NCBI GenBank assembly: GCA_964019335.1
Contig: OZ025675.1
Coordinates: forward strand, 186,001 to 250,000
Source: Diplonema japonicum
Lineage: Eukaryota > Protista > Euglenozoa: Diplonemea
DNA: 64,000 nt
Reading direction: 5' to 3'
The notes below the pieces were generated by a model, which was given only the letters and a program-made list of their open reading frames with translations, had not been told where the DNA came from and searched no databases. This document shows positions 33,573 through 45,338 of the stretch, in pieces. Within the stretch, counting starts at the first letter, position 1, and each line of letters starts with the position of its first letter. A program made the translations under genes and the position numbers.

Positions 33573-36437
33573 TCACACTCGGGGTAAAACGAGGTTCTCA
33601 CAGAGCTCACTGGGCTCGAATCCCTGAACCCTCACCTCATACACATTCAGCCCAAAGCCTGACACAGCAGCTTCCGCATGAAGGTGAGATCGAAATTCAT
33701 CCATCGCACACAGCTCCTCAGCCACGCCCCCATACAGGCAGAACACATCATCCTTCACTCCCAATGAGCACAGCGACCCTGCCACATCCACACACCTACC
33801 TAAGACTGTCACGAACTTCTGCTCCCTAACCCCGACTGTCCCATGCTTCACCTCACTGTTCGACAGCCCGATGTGAAGCCGCTGCTTCGAGTGTGTCACC
33901 ATTCTATGAAGAGTGACGACGAAGGAGAAGGAGTTCTCGATGTGTGTGAGGCAGGGACGGGAGGTGTTCCAGTCGATAGCAACCCTGCTGCCTTGCACAG
34001 ATGTAATCATACCATGTGACCTCTCAGTGCACATCATCACCTTCGCAAGTGTTTTGTTCACAACGAGTGAGGTCTCCGCAGCATTGCATGTGTCAGAAAG
34101 CTCCATTTCCAGCAGGCCCACACTCGCCGAGGAGGTTGACAGCACAGGAATCTCATGTGTGCTGTGCATGCTCCAAGAAAGACTTTTGATCGGTTGGCGC
34201 CTGTCCTCTATGCTGAGGAGGAGCTGCGACTCGATGAAAGGAGCCCTGAAAGAGAGATTCTCGGGAAGCAGGATGAAGGGATGCACGGGGTCTGTCACAC
34301 CATTCAACTTCACCTCACCCATTGGTATCACAACAGCTCCAGAAGCAGGGACCTCAATCAGTCCCATGACCTCCTCAGTGACAGCAACAGCACCCCCAAC
34401 ACAGGCCCCTTCCATCCGAGCCGCCTTGTTCACAGTGTTCCCGAAGTAGTCGTACCTGCCTGTCAAGGTGTTCAGCTGCACATCAACCTCACCAAAGTGA
34501 ACACCGATCCGAACACGAAGCCCACACCAAGGACCGTCGTTATTCCAAGCACAGTGTTCAAGGAAGAGAAGCTCTTGTGGCCACGCTCCCTCCAGAAGCT
34601 TCTCCTGGGCAGACAGGGAAAAGGAGACAGCGCCGCAAGCGTCCTCGAAGGCCACCATGAAGGAGTCTCCAATGGTCTTCACCTCGTACCCGTTGTGCTC
34701 AGAAAGACACTCCCGCATCACATTGTTGTGAACCTTCAGACCCTCCCTCATCCCCTCAGGGCAGGCCTCCCATGTTGCCGTCGATCCTTGGATGTCGGTG
34801 AAGACAAGGGCCGCTGTCCCTGTCACAAGACCAGGTGCAGCAACCATTTCTTCCTGCAGCTCGCCGTGGCTGACCTCTGTTGCCATGAGCAAGGAACTTG
34901 GAAGGAAGGCCTTGTACTCCCTCAAACCCTCGATCGCCATGAGTAACCCATCAGTGACACGGGCCACCTCCTGCACCATTACAGGTTTGTACATCGCATT
35001 CATGTGTGCCTCAGCCCTATCAAGATCCATCGTCTCAAGAAACCTGTTCCCAACAACAAGCCTCCCCAGTGGACGGGCGATCAGAACAATCTCCAACACA
35101 GCAATGATAAGGTCGGCCACGAAGATCACAACAGAGGCGATGATGAGCTGCACCAGTGCCGCGTACACCTTGTCGTTCACAGAGGACACAGTGCGCATCC
35201 AGAGAAGCTCGAAAGTGGTGTCAGAGGCGGTGTAGACATGGGTGAGACGCAGGAAGTACTCCCCGCCGTCCAGTGATCCATCAACGAAGTAGTCCTTCTT
35301 GTACAATGGGGTGGTTTTGTTCACATCAGAAGCAGCGAAGTACTCCCCGTACCGGATGTGAATGCGCATGTTTGTGGAGGAAAGATCTGCGGTGAAGAAG
35401 GTCCCTCGGGGTCGGACCTTGGAGGCATTCACAGCACCGGAAACAGTGGGGCCAAGTTCATTGGGGTGCAGGAAGCAGTTAGCCCCGTCAACAGCTTCGT
35501 TTCCTTCTTGCGGTTCGAAATGTTCACAGTTGAAGCAACTCAAGTAACATTCAAACTTGATGGCAGGTCCATTGTGAATGGTGTGCGCAAAGACCTGACC
35601 AGCAGAAGAGTCCAGTATGAGGAGCTCGGTGTTTGCTGTTGAGAACTCACGGATGACGGATGACCAGGGACGGAACGTGAACCAGCTCGCTAAGACAATC
35701 TCGTAAGGAGTGCCACCTGGTGCCACAGGGAGGATGTGCTTGGAGCGGTACCCTGTATAAGGATAAGGAGTCCCATCAAGAGCGTTCCAGAAGTAGGTCG
35801 GGGTCCACTCCCCCTCTTCTGGGACTGTTGCCATCATGTTCAACCACACCCTGGGGTCTTCAACACACGTCTCAGAAAACACCTCTGGAGCAGATGCCCC
35901 CGTTTCGTTGTCCATTGCTGTGTTGTACCGTGTCCAGATGATCTCAGAGGTGTTGCTGGAGTTGAGCTGACCCACGACTTTGCTTTCAAGCCAGTACTTG
36001 GCTTCGGAACCGTTGACCTCAAGGACAGGGTCGTACCAGACGTACTGCCGACCGTAGCCGTCAATGTCCTCCCAAGGGGGGGACCCAAGCTTCGCAATGA
36101 AGTACCCTCCTCCGTAGTGGTACTCTGTCGACCGAAGAGCTGCAAACCTGTTCGCGTTATAGATGTTCCTTATGTACTCAATCCCCAACGAGAAGTTCAT
36201 CACATCACTCCTGTTGAAGAGGAGGAGCGCTTCATGTGTGGATTCAACAACGCTTTCCAACATCCCTGCCAGACGAAACCTTGCGCTTTTGGACGCCCCA
36301 GAACTGTTCTCTTCCACAGCAGAGCGAAGGACCGAGATACTCTCCGCGTACAGTAGATACCCTGCCAGGAGGGAGATGAAGGTGGACACAATCGTTGAGA
36401 CGAAGATGATCAGCTTCGATGGGACGTGGAGCGGCAT
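33573..36437 (-). CDS. Receptor-type adenylate cyclase, copy 7, with intact class III domain plus degenerate second domain (954 aa)
   Basis: VFTDIQGST, EVKTIGDSFMVAF, RVRIGVHFG, YDYFGNTVNKAARME contain both metal Asp, ATP-specifying Lys/Asp, and catalytic Asn/Arg; start at shared MPLHVPSK. Confidence 0.93.
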   Translation of the reverse strand: MPLHVPSKLIIFVSTIVSTFISLLAGYLLYAESISVLRSAVEENSSGASKSARFRLAGMLESVVESTHEALLLFNRSDVMNFSLGIEYIRNIYNANRFAALRSTEYHYGGGYFIAKLGSPPWEDIDGYGRQYVWYDPVLEVNGSEAKYWLESKVVGQLNSSNTSEIIWTRYNTAMDNETGASAPEVFSETCVEDPRVWLNMMATVPEEGEWTPTYFWNALDGTPYPYTGYRSKHILPVAPGGTPYEIVLASWFTFRPWSSVIREFSTANTELLILDSSAGQVFAHTIHNGPAIKFECYLSCFNCEHFEPQEGNEAVDGANCFLHPNELGPTVSGAVNASKVRPRGTFFTADLSSTNMRIHIRYGEYFAASDVNKTTPLYKKDYFVDGSLDGGEYFLRLTHVYTASDTTFELLWMRTVSSVNDKVYAALVQLIIASVVIFVADLIIAVLEIVLIARPLGRLVVGNRFLETMDLDRAEAHMNAMYKPVMVQEVARVTDGLLMAIEGLREYKAFLPSSLLMATEVSHGELQEEMVAAPGLVTGTAALVFTDIQGSTATWEACPEGMREGLKVHNNVMRECLSEHNGYEVKTIGDSFMVAFEDACGAVSFSLSAQEKLLEGAWPQELLFLEHCAWNNDGPWCGLRVRIGVHFGEVDVQLNTLTGRYDYFGNTVNKAARMEGACVGGAVAVTEEVMGLIEVPASGAVVIPMGEVKLNGVTDPVHPFILLPENLSFRAPFIESQLLLSIEDRRQPIKSLSWSMHSTHEIPVLSTSSASVGLLEMELSDTCNAAETSLVVNKTLAKVMMCTERSHGMITSVQGSRVAIDWNTSRPCLTHIENSFSFVVTLHRMVTHSKQRLHIGLSNSEVKHGTVGVREQKFVTVLGRCVDVAGSLCSLGVKDDVFCLYGGVAEELCAMDEFRSHLHAEAAVSGFGLNVYEVRVQGFEPSELCENLVLPRV

Positions 36438-36844
36438 TGTTACCCTCCTTCCCAGTGTACCTGTGAGATGTCTGAAAGAAATGGAGGGGAAAAAATGAAA
36501 GTGATGTAAAAGTAATACCCCTTTTATATATTTCTGGAAAGAAAGAAAGAGCGACAGTATTTGTGTTTCAGATGGATATTCGTGTGGTATACCTTGTGCC
36601 TTGTTCAAGTCAACCCTTAACTAGAGTTTACGAATCATGTTTTAGCCAGGGCTGGCTGTAACGAAAAAGGAAAGGATAATTCAGTCTTTAGCGCGTATAA
36701 AATCATTTAGCGAAAGATAAATAATTGTTTACCATTGTTAAAGGAAGCTGTTGCGAGACGCCCCCTTGCTAGGCACCAGATTTCACACCAACCCCCATTA
36801 TCCCAAAAAAAGAAAAAGGTATGAATTAAAGGAACTCGTTGTGA

Positions 36845-37630
36845 GACAGCACTCGTGTCGTCCACAGCAGAGCGAAGGACCGAGATACTCTCCGCGTACA
36901 GCAAAAACCCTGCCAGGAGGGAGATGAAGGTAATCGTTGAGACGAAGATGACGTGGAGCGGCATTCTTCTTCTTTTTATGCGACTGAGTTTGGAAATGTA
37001 AGTTGGTGATAAGTGGGAAATAAGGACCCTGCAAACGAAAAGAAAATCTTCGATTGTCACGCGAGAACCATCGCCGACTCTGAAATGACCTGTAAAGCGT
37101 CATCACCTTCTTATGGGGGAGGAGGGGGCCTCCGAGCCTTTCCTCTTGCGTCTAAGGGATGCGTGAGGTCGGTACACCCTCACCTCACCCTCTATGCTGA
37201 GGAGAACTGCTTTCCTCGAAGGCCACCATGAAGGAGTCCCCAATGGTCTTCACCTCGTACCCGTTGTGCTCAGAAAGACACTCCCACATCACATTGTTGT
37301 GAACCTTCAGACCCTCCCTCATCCCCTCAGGGCAGGCCTCCCATGTTGCCGTCGATCCTTGGATGTCGGTGAAGAAAAGGGCCGCTGTCCCCGTCATGAG
37401 ACCAGACGCAGCAACCATTTCTTCCTGCAGCCGTGGCTGACCTCTGTTGCTATGGGCAAGGAACTTACCGCCTCCAGATGATCTCAGAGTTGTTGCTGGA
37501 GTTGAGCTGACCCACAACTTTGCTTCCAAGCCAGTACTTGGCTTCGGAACCGTTGACCTCAAGGACAGAGTCGTACCAGACGTACTGCCGACGACCGTAG
37601 CCTTCAATGTCTTCGCAATTTGGTACCCCC
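36845..37630 (-). pseudogene. Shredded composite pseudogene derived from copies 7 and 8
   Basis: 37470-37625 ectodomain pieces and 37215-37460 cyclase piece of copy 7 type; 36965-37150 matches upstream DNA of copy 8; 36845-36965 deleted 5' CDS with copy-8 diagnostic VDDTSA. Confidence 0.85.
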
Positions 37631-37715
37631 TTCGCACTCGCACTGTGAACAAGGCTATGGGTGAGCAGGTCCTAAAAAAGAAGAGACAAAAGTCCGCAAA
37701 GGAAACAATGTGTCA

Positions 37716-40112
37716 CTACCATACTGCTGCTTGTGAAAAAGACATGACGGCTTGCCCTTCTGAGATGTTCTTCATCGACCAGGTTTGGAGGTCAGTCGGT
37801 TCCAGAATATCAACAACTTCAGCCTCTGACTCTGGTTGTGCCAAAATCTTTTTTAGCATGTCACCAACAGGATCCACCGTATATGCTTCCTCAAGTTGGT
37901 ACATCCACTCCTCCTCCCTCCCTACAACCTCGTGTTTAACCTCATGTACTATAAACTGATTTTTCAACCCATCGATATCAATGATTGTCACTGCTTGTAT
38001 TCTATAGTTATTTGCCACTCCCTCAGCTACAGGGGGTGACACCAAGGTGACCGAGCGAGCTAATGTCTTTGAAACAAAATCAGCCACAGCAGAGATGCCT
38101 CTCAGCTCAAGCAGGGGAGAGCCGTTCATCCCGAAACCCTTGTGCGTCGCGGACCCGAGGTTCCCTGCAGTGAACTCCCCGTGGACCACCGCCATGGAAG
38201 GCACTGCGATTGCGGACACCTTCTCAGAGCATGACATCAACTTGCAGAAGGTCACAGCTTTCATGATTGCATCAGAGCAGCGAAGTCCCATGTTCCACGT
38301 GAGGGTGAAGACGAGAGGATCGGAGACGGAGAACCCATGGGCGATGCCCCTGGTTGCTGTGGCTAACTCTTGCATCGTTTCAACAAGTGCTCCGAAGCAG
38401 TCAGGGATATCGGAATCTCTAGTTATGACAGACAGCCTCACCACAGTGCCTTTGTATTTTTGAAGGTGCATCGAAAGGTTCTGCCCTGCAACGGGCGCCG
38501 ACCTTTGACTCACTGAAGTTGTATCCACGGTGCTCCTTTCATCGTTTTGGGTGTCGATGTCTGCGTCTTCCTTGTTGTCAACATCAATGAACAAGGTGTT
38601 CGGAAGGAAGGCCTTGTACTCCCTCAGACCCTCGATCGCCATGAGTAACCCATCAGTTACACGGGCCACCTCCTGCACCATTACAGGTTTGTACATCGAC
38701 TTCATATGTGCCGTAGCATCATCCAACTCCATTGTTTCAAGAAACCTGTTCCCAACAACAAGCCTCCCCAGTGGACGGGCGATCAGAACAATCTCCAACA
38801 CAGCAATGATAAGGTCGACCACGAAGATCACAACAGAGGCGATGATGAGCTGCACCAGTGCCGCGTACACCTTGTCGTTCACAGAGGACACGGAACGCAT
38901 CCAGAGAAGCTCGAAAGTGGTGTCAGAGGCGGTGTAGACATGGGTGAGACGCAGGAAGTACTCCCCGCCGTCCAGTGATCCATCAACGAAGTAGTCCTTC
39001 TTGTACAATGGGGTGGTCTTGTTCACATCAGAGGCAGCGAAGTACTCCCCGTATCGGATGTGAATGCGCATGTTTGTGGAGGAAAGATCTGCGGTGAAGA
39101 AGGTCCCTCGGGGTCGGACCTTGGAGGAATTTACAGCACCGGAAACAGTGGGGCCAAGTTCACTGGGGTGCAGGAAGCACTCCGCACTCTGGCGATTATC
39201 ACAGTTGAAGCATCTTGTGTAGCATTCAAACTTGATGGCAGGTCCATTGTGAATGGTGTGCGCAAAGACCTGACCAGCAGAAGAGTCCAGTATGAGGAGC
39301 TCGGTGTTTGCTGTTGAGAACTCACGGATGACGGATGACCAGGGACGGAACGTGAACCAACTATTCAAGACGATCTCGTAAGGAGTGCCACCTGGTGCCA
39401 CGGGGAGGGTGTGCCTGGAGTGGTACCCTGTATAAAGATAAGGAGACCCGTCAATAGCGTTCCAGAAGTAGGTCGGGGTCCACTCCCCTTCTTTCGGGAC
39501 TGTTGCCATCATGTTCACCCACACCCTTGGGTCTTCAACAAACGTCTCAGAAAACACCTCTGGAGCAGGTGCTCCCGTCTCGTTGTCCATTGCTGTGTTG
39601 TACCGCGTCCAGATGATCTCAGAGTTGTTGCTGGAGTTGAGCTGCCCCATGGCAGTACCTCCAAGCCAGTACTTGGCTTCGGAACCGTTGACCTCAAGGA
39701 CAGGGTCGTACCAGATGAACCGACCACCGTAGCCTTCAATGTCCTCCCAAGGGGGGGACCCAAGCTTCGCAATGTGGTACCCTCCTCCGTAGTGGTACTC
39801 TGTCGACCGAAGAGCTGCAAACTTGTGTGCACTATAGACCTGGCTTATGTACTCAAGCCCTAACGAGAGGTTCATCACATCACTCCTGTTGAAGAGGAGG
39901 AGCCCTTCAGTTGCTGTGTCAACTACGCTTTCCAACATCCCTGCCAGACGAAGCCTTGCGCTTTTGGACGCCCCAGCACTCGTGTCGTCCACAGCAGAGC
40001 GAAGGACCGAGATACTCTCCGCGTACAGTAGATACCCTGCCAGGAGGGAGATGAAGGTGGACACAATCGTTGAGACAGAGATGAACAGTTTCGATGGGAC
40101 GTGGAGCGGCAT
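37716..40112 (-). CDS. Two-TM receptor pseudo-adenylate cyclase, copy 8 (798 aa)
   Basis: Full ORF; ectodomain C (like copy 7), tail type S. Confidence 0.92.
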   Translation of the reverse strand: MPLHVPSKLFISVSTIVSTFISLLAGYLLYAESISVLRSAVDDTSAGASKSARLRLAGMLESVVDTATEGLLLFNRSDVMNLSLGLEYISQVYSAHKFAALRSTEYHYGGGYHIAKLGSPPWEDIEGYGGRFIWYDPVLEVNGSEAKYWLGGTAMGQLNSSNNSEIIWTRYNTAMDNETGAPAPEVFSETFVEDPRVWVNMMATVPKEGEWTPTYFWNAIDGSPYLYTGYHSRHTLPVAPGGTPYEIVLNSWFTFRPWSSVIREFSTANTELLILDSSAGQVFAHTIHNGPAIKFECYTRCFNCDNRQSAECFLHPSELGPTVSGAVNSSKVRPRGTFFTADLSSTNMRIHIRYGEYFAASDVNKTTPLYKKDYFVDGSLDGGEYFLRLTHVYTASDTTFELLWMRSVSSVNDKVYAALVQLIIASVVIFVVDLIIAVLEIVLIARPLGRLVVGNRFLETMELDDATAHMKSMYKPVMVQEVARVTDGLLMAIEGLREYKAFLPNTLFIDVDNKEDADIDTQNDERSTVDTTSVSQRSAPVAGQNLSMHLQKYKGTVVRLSVITRDSDIPDCFGALVETMQELATATRGIAHGFSVSDPLVFTLTWNMGLRCSDAIMKAVTFCKLMSCSEKVSAIAVPSMAVVHGEFTAGNLGSATHKGFGMNGSPLLELRGISAVADFVSKTLARSVTLVSPPVAEGVANNYRIQAVTIIDIDGLKNQFIVHEVKHEVVGREEEWMYQLEEAYTVDPVGDMLKKILAQPESEAEVVDILEPTDLQTWSMKNISEGQAVMSFSQAAVW

Positions 40113-40159
40113 TTTTCTTTATTCTTATGCGACTGGGTTTGGAAATGTAAGTTGGTGAA

Positions 40160-40225
40160 CCTGAAGAGGGAAATAAGGACCCTGCAAAAGAAAAAGAAAA
40201 AAAGGAAGAAAGAAAAAGAGAAAGT
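40160..40225 (-). promoter_or_regulatory. Polypyrimidine tract with AG acceptors upstream of copy 8 (putative trans-splice site)
   Basis: Minus strand pyrimidine run ending TTTTGCAG then CCCTCTTCAG about 50-70 nt before ATG; similar tracts precede copies 4, 5 and 7. Confidence 0.45.
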
Positions 40226-40777
40226 CGTAAGAAATCTTACGATTGTTACGCCGACGCTGAGTTGACCTGTAAAGCGTCATCACCTTCTTAAGGGGGGGAG
40301 GGCGATGTCAGACCCACTCGGAGTCTATGAGCCTTTTGCGTCTCTCCGTATCTCTCCCACAGGGCAGTTCGTGTTTTTTAAGTTTCGTTTGTGCGAATGA
40401 GAGTTGTTTATATATATGAGTGAAGGAGGTCTTTCAACTCCTTCGGTGGTCTTGCCCTCCTCCTCAGCTTGACTGCCTTGGCGGGGAAAGAAAAACCTCG
40501 CCGCATTTGGCCGTTTCTCTTTCTTTTCTTCTTTGATTAAATATGTCTTAAACTATTCGAACCAACAATTACAGACACATGGGCAGCTCCACGGTAAATA
40601 TAAACACAAAGTGAGACCCCTTCCCCCCACTCCTTGTTCCCTTATACTACTTGCAAAAAAAAAAAAGATTATGATTCCTTTTTTTATTCTTATTCGTTGT
40701 GGTGGTGGTGGTGCTGGGGGGGATCTTCGTCCGGAAAAGAAATGCGGACTTTTTAAAACAAAAGGTATCCAAAAGAA

Positions 40778-41430
40778 TAGCTATTTATTAAGTGAAAATA
40801 AGATAGCATTATTTCACGCGTGGTGGCAGGGGGTTTAACGAGTAGGGATCTTAGTTCACGAGCGAAGCGAGTGAAGTAAAAAGCTACGAGTTAAACATGC
40901 CACCACAAGTGGAAATGCTCTTATTTTAACTAATACGTTGTTTATTTAACAAGAACCGGGTTTGAAAGGGTGGGAGGTTACAGGGTTACAACAAGTGAAA
41001 AGTGAGATTTGGGTTACAGGGTGTGGGAGATAGAACGTCGCTAAACTTCAGTTTGTGCGACTCTTTGTCCTCATCCCGCTTGCAAACATGCAAGTTGCAT
41101 ATGCCTGACGCACTATGTTGTAGGGATCGCTGAATTTCATTGCCATCTTTCATTTGTTCTTGACTAAACACCGAAGCTTTTTTTCACCTCATGGCCTTCT
41201 TTCAAAAGAAGTGCAACCCTGGGAAAGCTCCGCATTTTTTTACCGAAGTTTCGTTGGGTGATGGCGTTGATCTTGCTGTAACTTGCCCTAAACCTAGGTG
41301 GAATAGGTGAAATTAGGCCCAGGAGTGAAATAATTTCAAGGTAAACTGGGAGTGAAAATAAAGCTGGGAGTGACATAAAGTAAAATCTTATTTTCACTCC
41401 CACCCTTGAAAACCCGGCTCGAGTTATATA
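40778..41430. mobile_element. Hairpin-headed non-autonomous element, family H2
   Basis: Starts TAGCTATTTA; ~150-nt imperfect hairpin centred on CACGAGCGAAGCGAGTG; 40947-40977 inverted to the 3' end 41398-41427. Confidence 0.6.
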
Positions 41431-42042
41431 AAAAGAAATATATATGAGACAAGAAATATATATTAAAGGAAGTCTTACGACCCCCTTGTTTCTTATCTTC
41501 TACATGTACCTACCCCCCCGCGGTTTCTCCTCCTTTGGTGGTCTTGCTGGCCTTCTCCCCAGCTCAACGCCTCTAGGTCATGCTTGGTCTTCGGTGATGC
41601 AAATATCGCCCTTCTGTTCCATCCGATCACCGCCTTTGTCCTCCCACCCTCGTGCACGGTTCCAGCACCTCGGTGTAGTGGCGTAACGCTCACGTCACAG
41701 AGCTGCAACGGTTGTCCGGCTCCTCCGCCACGCCTTGCACCCCCCGGGTATACCGCAAATACCACCCCTGCAATCAATCAGCCTCCTCAACCTGTACGCC
41801 GGCACTCCAAAAAAAAAAATGCAATGCTGTGGTGAATGATGAAATGGATTTTAACGAGAGGGTCGAAGCTCAGACTGATACTTCTTTTAGTTTTCTTTTT
41901 GAGGTGAAGTACTTACTCGACCCCCCAGTGCAATCTCTCAAACACACAGTCTAATTTGGGATTTAACCAAGGACAAGGACGAAACGCAACTCCTTGTTGA
42001 AATGTACCTGAAAAGGTAGGGTGTGCGAAGCTGTACCATTTA

Positions 42043-42569
42043 TAGCTATTTACTGCCAACAAGTAATGACTTTACCGTCACTTCGAGGTTCCGAGGGGAC
42101 GTAAAGCATAACTTGGCGGTAGGTAAGTGGTTTTATTTCACGACACTCTGAAATTACTTCACCACGAGGGGCACAAAGGGGTGACAAGGGGTACAAATGG
42201 GGTTACAAAGGTTACAAGTTGTTTTTCCTCTTTTTTTGTGCCACCATCTCTGATCAGGCCTTCTCATACCTGGCGCGGCCACTCGCTCACTTTCTGCTGC
42301 TTCGGTATTTTGAAGTCTTTTGGGGAGCTTGGTAAGCTGACTAAATAGAAAAGAGTGAGCCGAGGCAAAAGTTGGCCAATTGAGCTGAACCTGGGGGGAA
42401 ATTAGCAAACTGAGAGGAAAAAGTTGCTCCACTGGGAACTGAACCGAGGCAAAAATTGGTCCACTGAGGCATATTATTTACCGGAAACCCCCTATTACTT
42501 CACGGAAAACAGGTAATTATTTAACTGGCCCCCCCGAGTGCGCGAAGTAATTTCAGAAGAGTGTTAATA
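42043..42569. mobile_element. Hairpin-headed element H1 copy 2 (hairpin core deleted)
   Basis: Collinear high similarity to 981-1717 with the same termini. Confidence 0.7.
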
Positions 42570-42577
42570 TATATTAA

Positions 42578-44130
42578 CCCATAAAGGACCGGAGCTGAAT
42601 ATTCAGCTAAAAAAAACTTTTTTAATTCTGCTAAGGCATTTGTGCTCTGCATGCCCACTCTTTAAAGAGGGGCCCTATTGCGCGACTTCTTTTATACTGA
42701 ACGCTATATTGCCTGTAAGTTTTTGCATCCAAACTGCAAGGGGAGAAAAGAAATAGTGGCACAGACATTGTTTTTTTACGCCCCATAAGAAGTAGTGCCG
42801 AAAGCACTTCTGAAGAAGGGCCAGTGTCACCGGATGATGGGGATATCCCGGATACGGAATGACAAAATCGAGAAGGTGGGGAGGAAAATATTTCGCAAGG
42901 TACCAGGTCCAAGTGTACCAGTAGTGGGTCTCAACGGGCTGGAGGTTTTTCCTTTGTTTTTGATAGGGCGGCCCTCCAGCAAGGGGCTTGTCCTGTACTT
43001 TGAGTTGTTTTTCACTCCTGCGGCTCTAAAAGGCTATCGTGGGGTGGGCAGCAAGCCATTCGAGTGGTATAGAGGCTTTTAGATACTTACAGGGCTCATA
43101 ATCAAGACAGATATCAAGGTCTACTGGGCACAGGATGAACTCACAGATACCCCATATTCACAATATTTCAGAATGGTAATGGAAAGAAACAGGCTCCTAA
43201 GAATAATGCGCCAAATGCGGTTTGGGTTGCCCCCTGGTGGAGGAGAAGGAGACAGAATGGCTAAAGGGCGCAATCTTATAAATCTTGTGGTTCCTTCTTG
43301 GTCATCCCTGTATGTACCCAAGCGAAACCTTGCTGTGGATGAACCATCATACGCTGTAGAAGCCGTGTCGGGTTCATTGTTTATGAGCCCAAGAAGAGGA
43401 AGCGTTATGGGTTCAAAATGCGATTCAGACACCGGTTACACTCTAAACATGATTGTTTGTACCGGTGCGGGCACCCAGGGGAAAGAGGCAGAGCTGCTCA
43501 CCGAATATCAGCACCAGAATTACTGGATTGTCTTTGACAACTGCTTTCGCTTGTCCCATTGTTGATACGGATTTACAACGCGGATTTCCACTGCATGGGG
43601 ACCATCAGGAAATCCCGGAAATTGCTCCCAGAATACCCATTCAGTGTCAGCAAGTGTGTGGCAAAAAAATCTTGTCGAACAATATTAACGCAAAAGGGTG
43701 GCACCCACATCAAGCGTTCCCCGCCGGAGCCGAAGATACCTACCCCTCAGGTTCACCTTCACGTACCAAGGGTGCACCTTCAATGTGTCCTGAAAAGATG
43801 CAAAAGGCATGGAATTGCACTGTGTGCAACAAATTAGAGAAAAAATGCACCCAGACCATCGTGCAGAGATTGCAACGTAGCAATGTGCCCTGTGCCCTGT
43901 GCCCTGTTTCGAATTTCACACTAACGACAACTTAAAAAACCACCTGAAAACCTCTTGAAAACCACTTGAAAATAAAAATACGTTTAAATTGGACAAGTCG
44001 CATATCTACTTCAATTCCTTCTTCTATTCTCGAGGATGTTTTTAATTTTAGAAAAATTCAAAGAAAAAAAAGTAGACGGTGACCTTTTTTTACTTGCTGA
44101 AAAAAAAAAAAAAAAACCGTCCTTTAACGG
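42578..44130 (+). mobile_element. Degenerate piggyBac transposon with transposase pseudogene
   Basis: TTAA at 42574-77 and 44131-34; TIR CC..TAAAGGAC; fragments MERNRLLRIMRQMRF, LYVPKRNLAVDE, CDSDTGYTLN, IVFDNCF and Cys-rich C-terminus, broken by frameshifts. Confidence 0.88.
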
Positions 44131-44759
44131 TTAAATACAATACTGTTGGGTTTCTTCTTTTTTTCTTTCCCTCTTTTTTTTTTTTTTTTTGCAAAATGAT
44201 GAACTAATTGAGAGAGGAGAAATAGAAATTCAAAAAAAAAAGTTGTCTCGATTTTAGTGGTGCCATGCAGTATGTGACACAGCGGCCACCCTTGTGAAAC
44301 TTCGCCCCGAAGCCTCCCAAGTCCCCTGTGGTCCCGTAGAAAGTAAAAGTGGAGAGGTAAAGAAAGCTTGGAAATTGAAATAGGGAGAGGGGCCACAGAA
44401 GCAATTAAACACCAACTGGAGAGTTGTGGGAGGCTTGCTTCACTGGCACGATGCCGCGGGGAGGCTATTTGCCTGACCTGGTGAAGCCACCTCCTTGTTC
44501 GATGTAATGGGATAAGGGACTCTCCGTTGAGGGCGATGCTAACTGGCGCCACGCGTAGGGTGGGCTCTCCACCCCCGTCCAGGTTTCCCCACGTGTACGG
44601 CTTTAGAACGAGAGTTTCCCTTTCGCTTGTGTTTCTCCAAACCACAATTACCAGGAACCACCACAGGGAGGTTGGAAACATTGGTCCCCCCAAAAAAAAA
44701 GAATTGGTTACGCGATTCCTCTTTTTTTCCTAGACTCTTTCTTTAGCAAATAACAATTA

Positions 44760-45075
44760 CTGTAAAAACGAAAAAAAATTCTCTTCCGGCATTTTTTTCT
44801 CCCCTGGGATCTTTAAATGCTGGATGTTGTCCACTCTAAGCCGCGATGCCGTGGGGACGACATTTCTTTTTTCTTTTTTTTTTTCTAATGCCCTCTCTCC
44901 TCCAAACCGAAGCAAGGTACCCTTGAGCAAGCGCTTCAAGCACCCATAGGCCGTTGTCGACCCCCTGGTTGCCCCAAGAATTGCTGGAGACTTTCTGTGG
45001 GGAAAATATCCGGGCTTTTCTCCCGGGAGTTTGTCACTCCGGCAATTCTTCTCACCGGAATTTTTCGCTTTACAG
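44760..45075. mobile_element. Putative MITE
   Basis: Imperfect TIR CTGTAAA.CGAAAAA..TTC..CGG; TA on left only. Confidence 0.4.
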
Positions 45076-45338
45076 AATTGTTTTTTTTTTTTTCTGTTCG
45101 AAAAAAAACACACAGTGTACAGGACAAGCCCTTGCGGAATCGAGTGCTACGGTCTCGCTAGTCGTGCGTGGTGTGTGGCGAAAATGGAAGGAAGTCTTTG
45201 TGAGACGTTCTCCTTAAAAAAAAGAAATTCGTTCACTACTTTCCGCATGAAAGCAAGCGGTTTAAAATAACAAAAATGGAAAAATAGTATTTTTGCTCCC
45301 CCCCCCAACTCTTTTCTGCCTGTAAAGACGAGATTGAT

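Noticed and set aside
41493-41800. GC-rich coding-like patches (also 21400-21830, 33095-33346, 44250-44690)
   Set aside because: No recognisable motif, termini or second copy in the window
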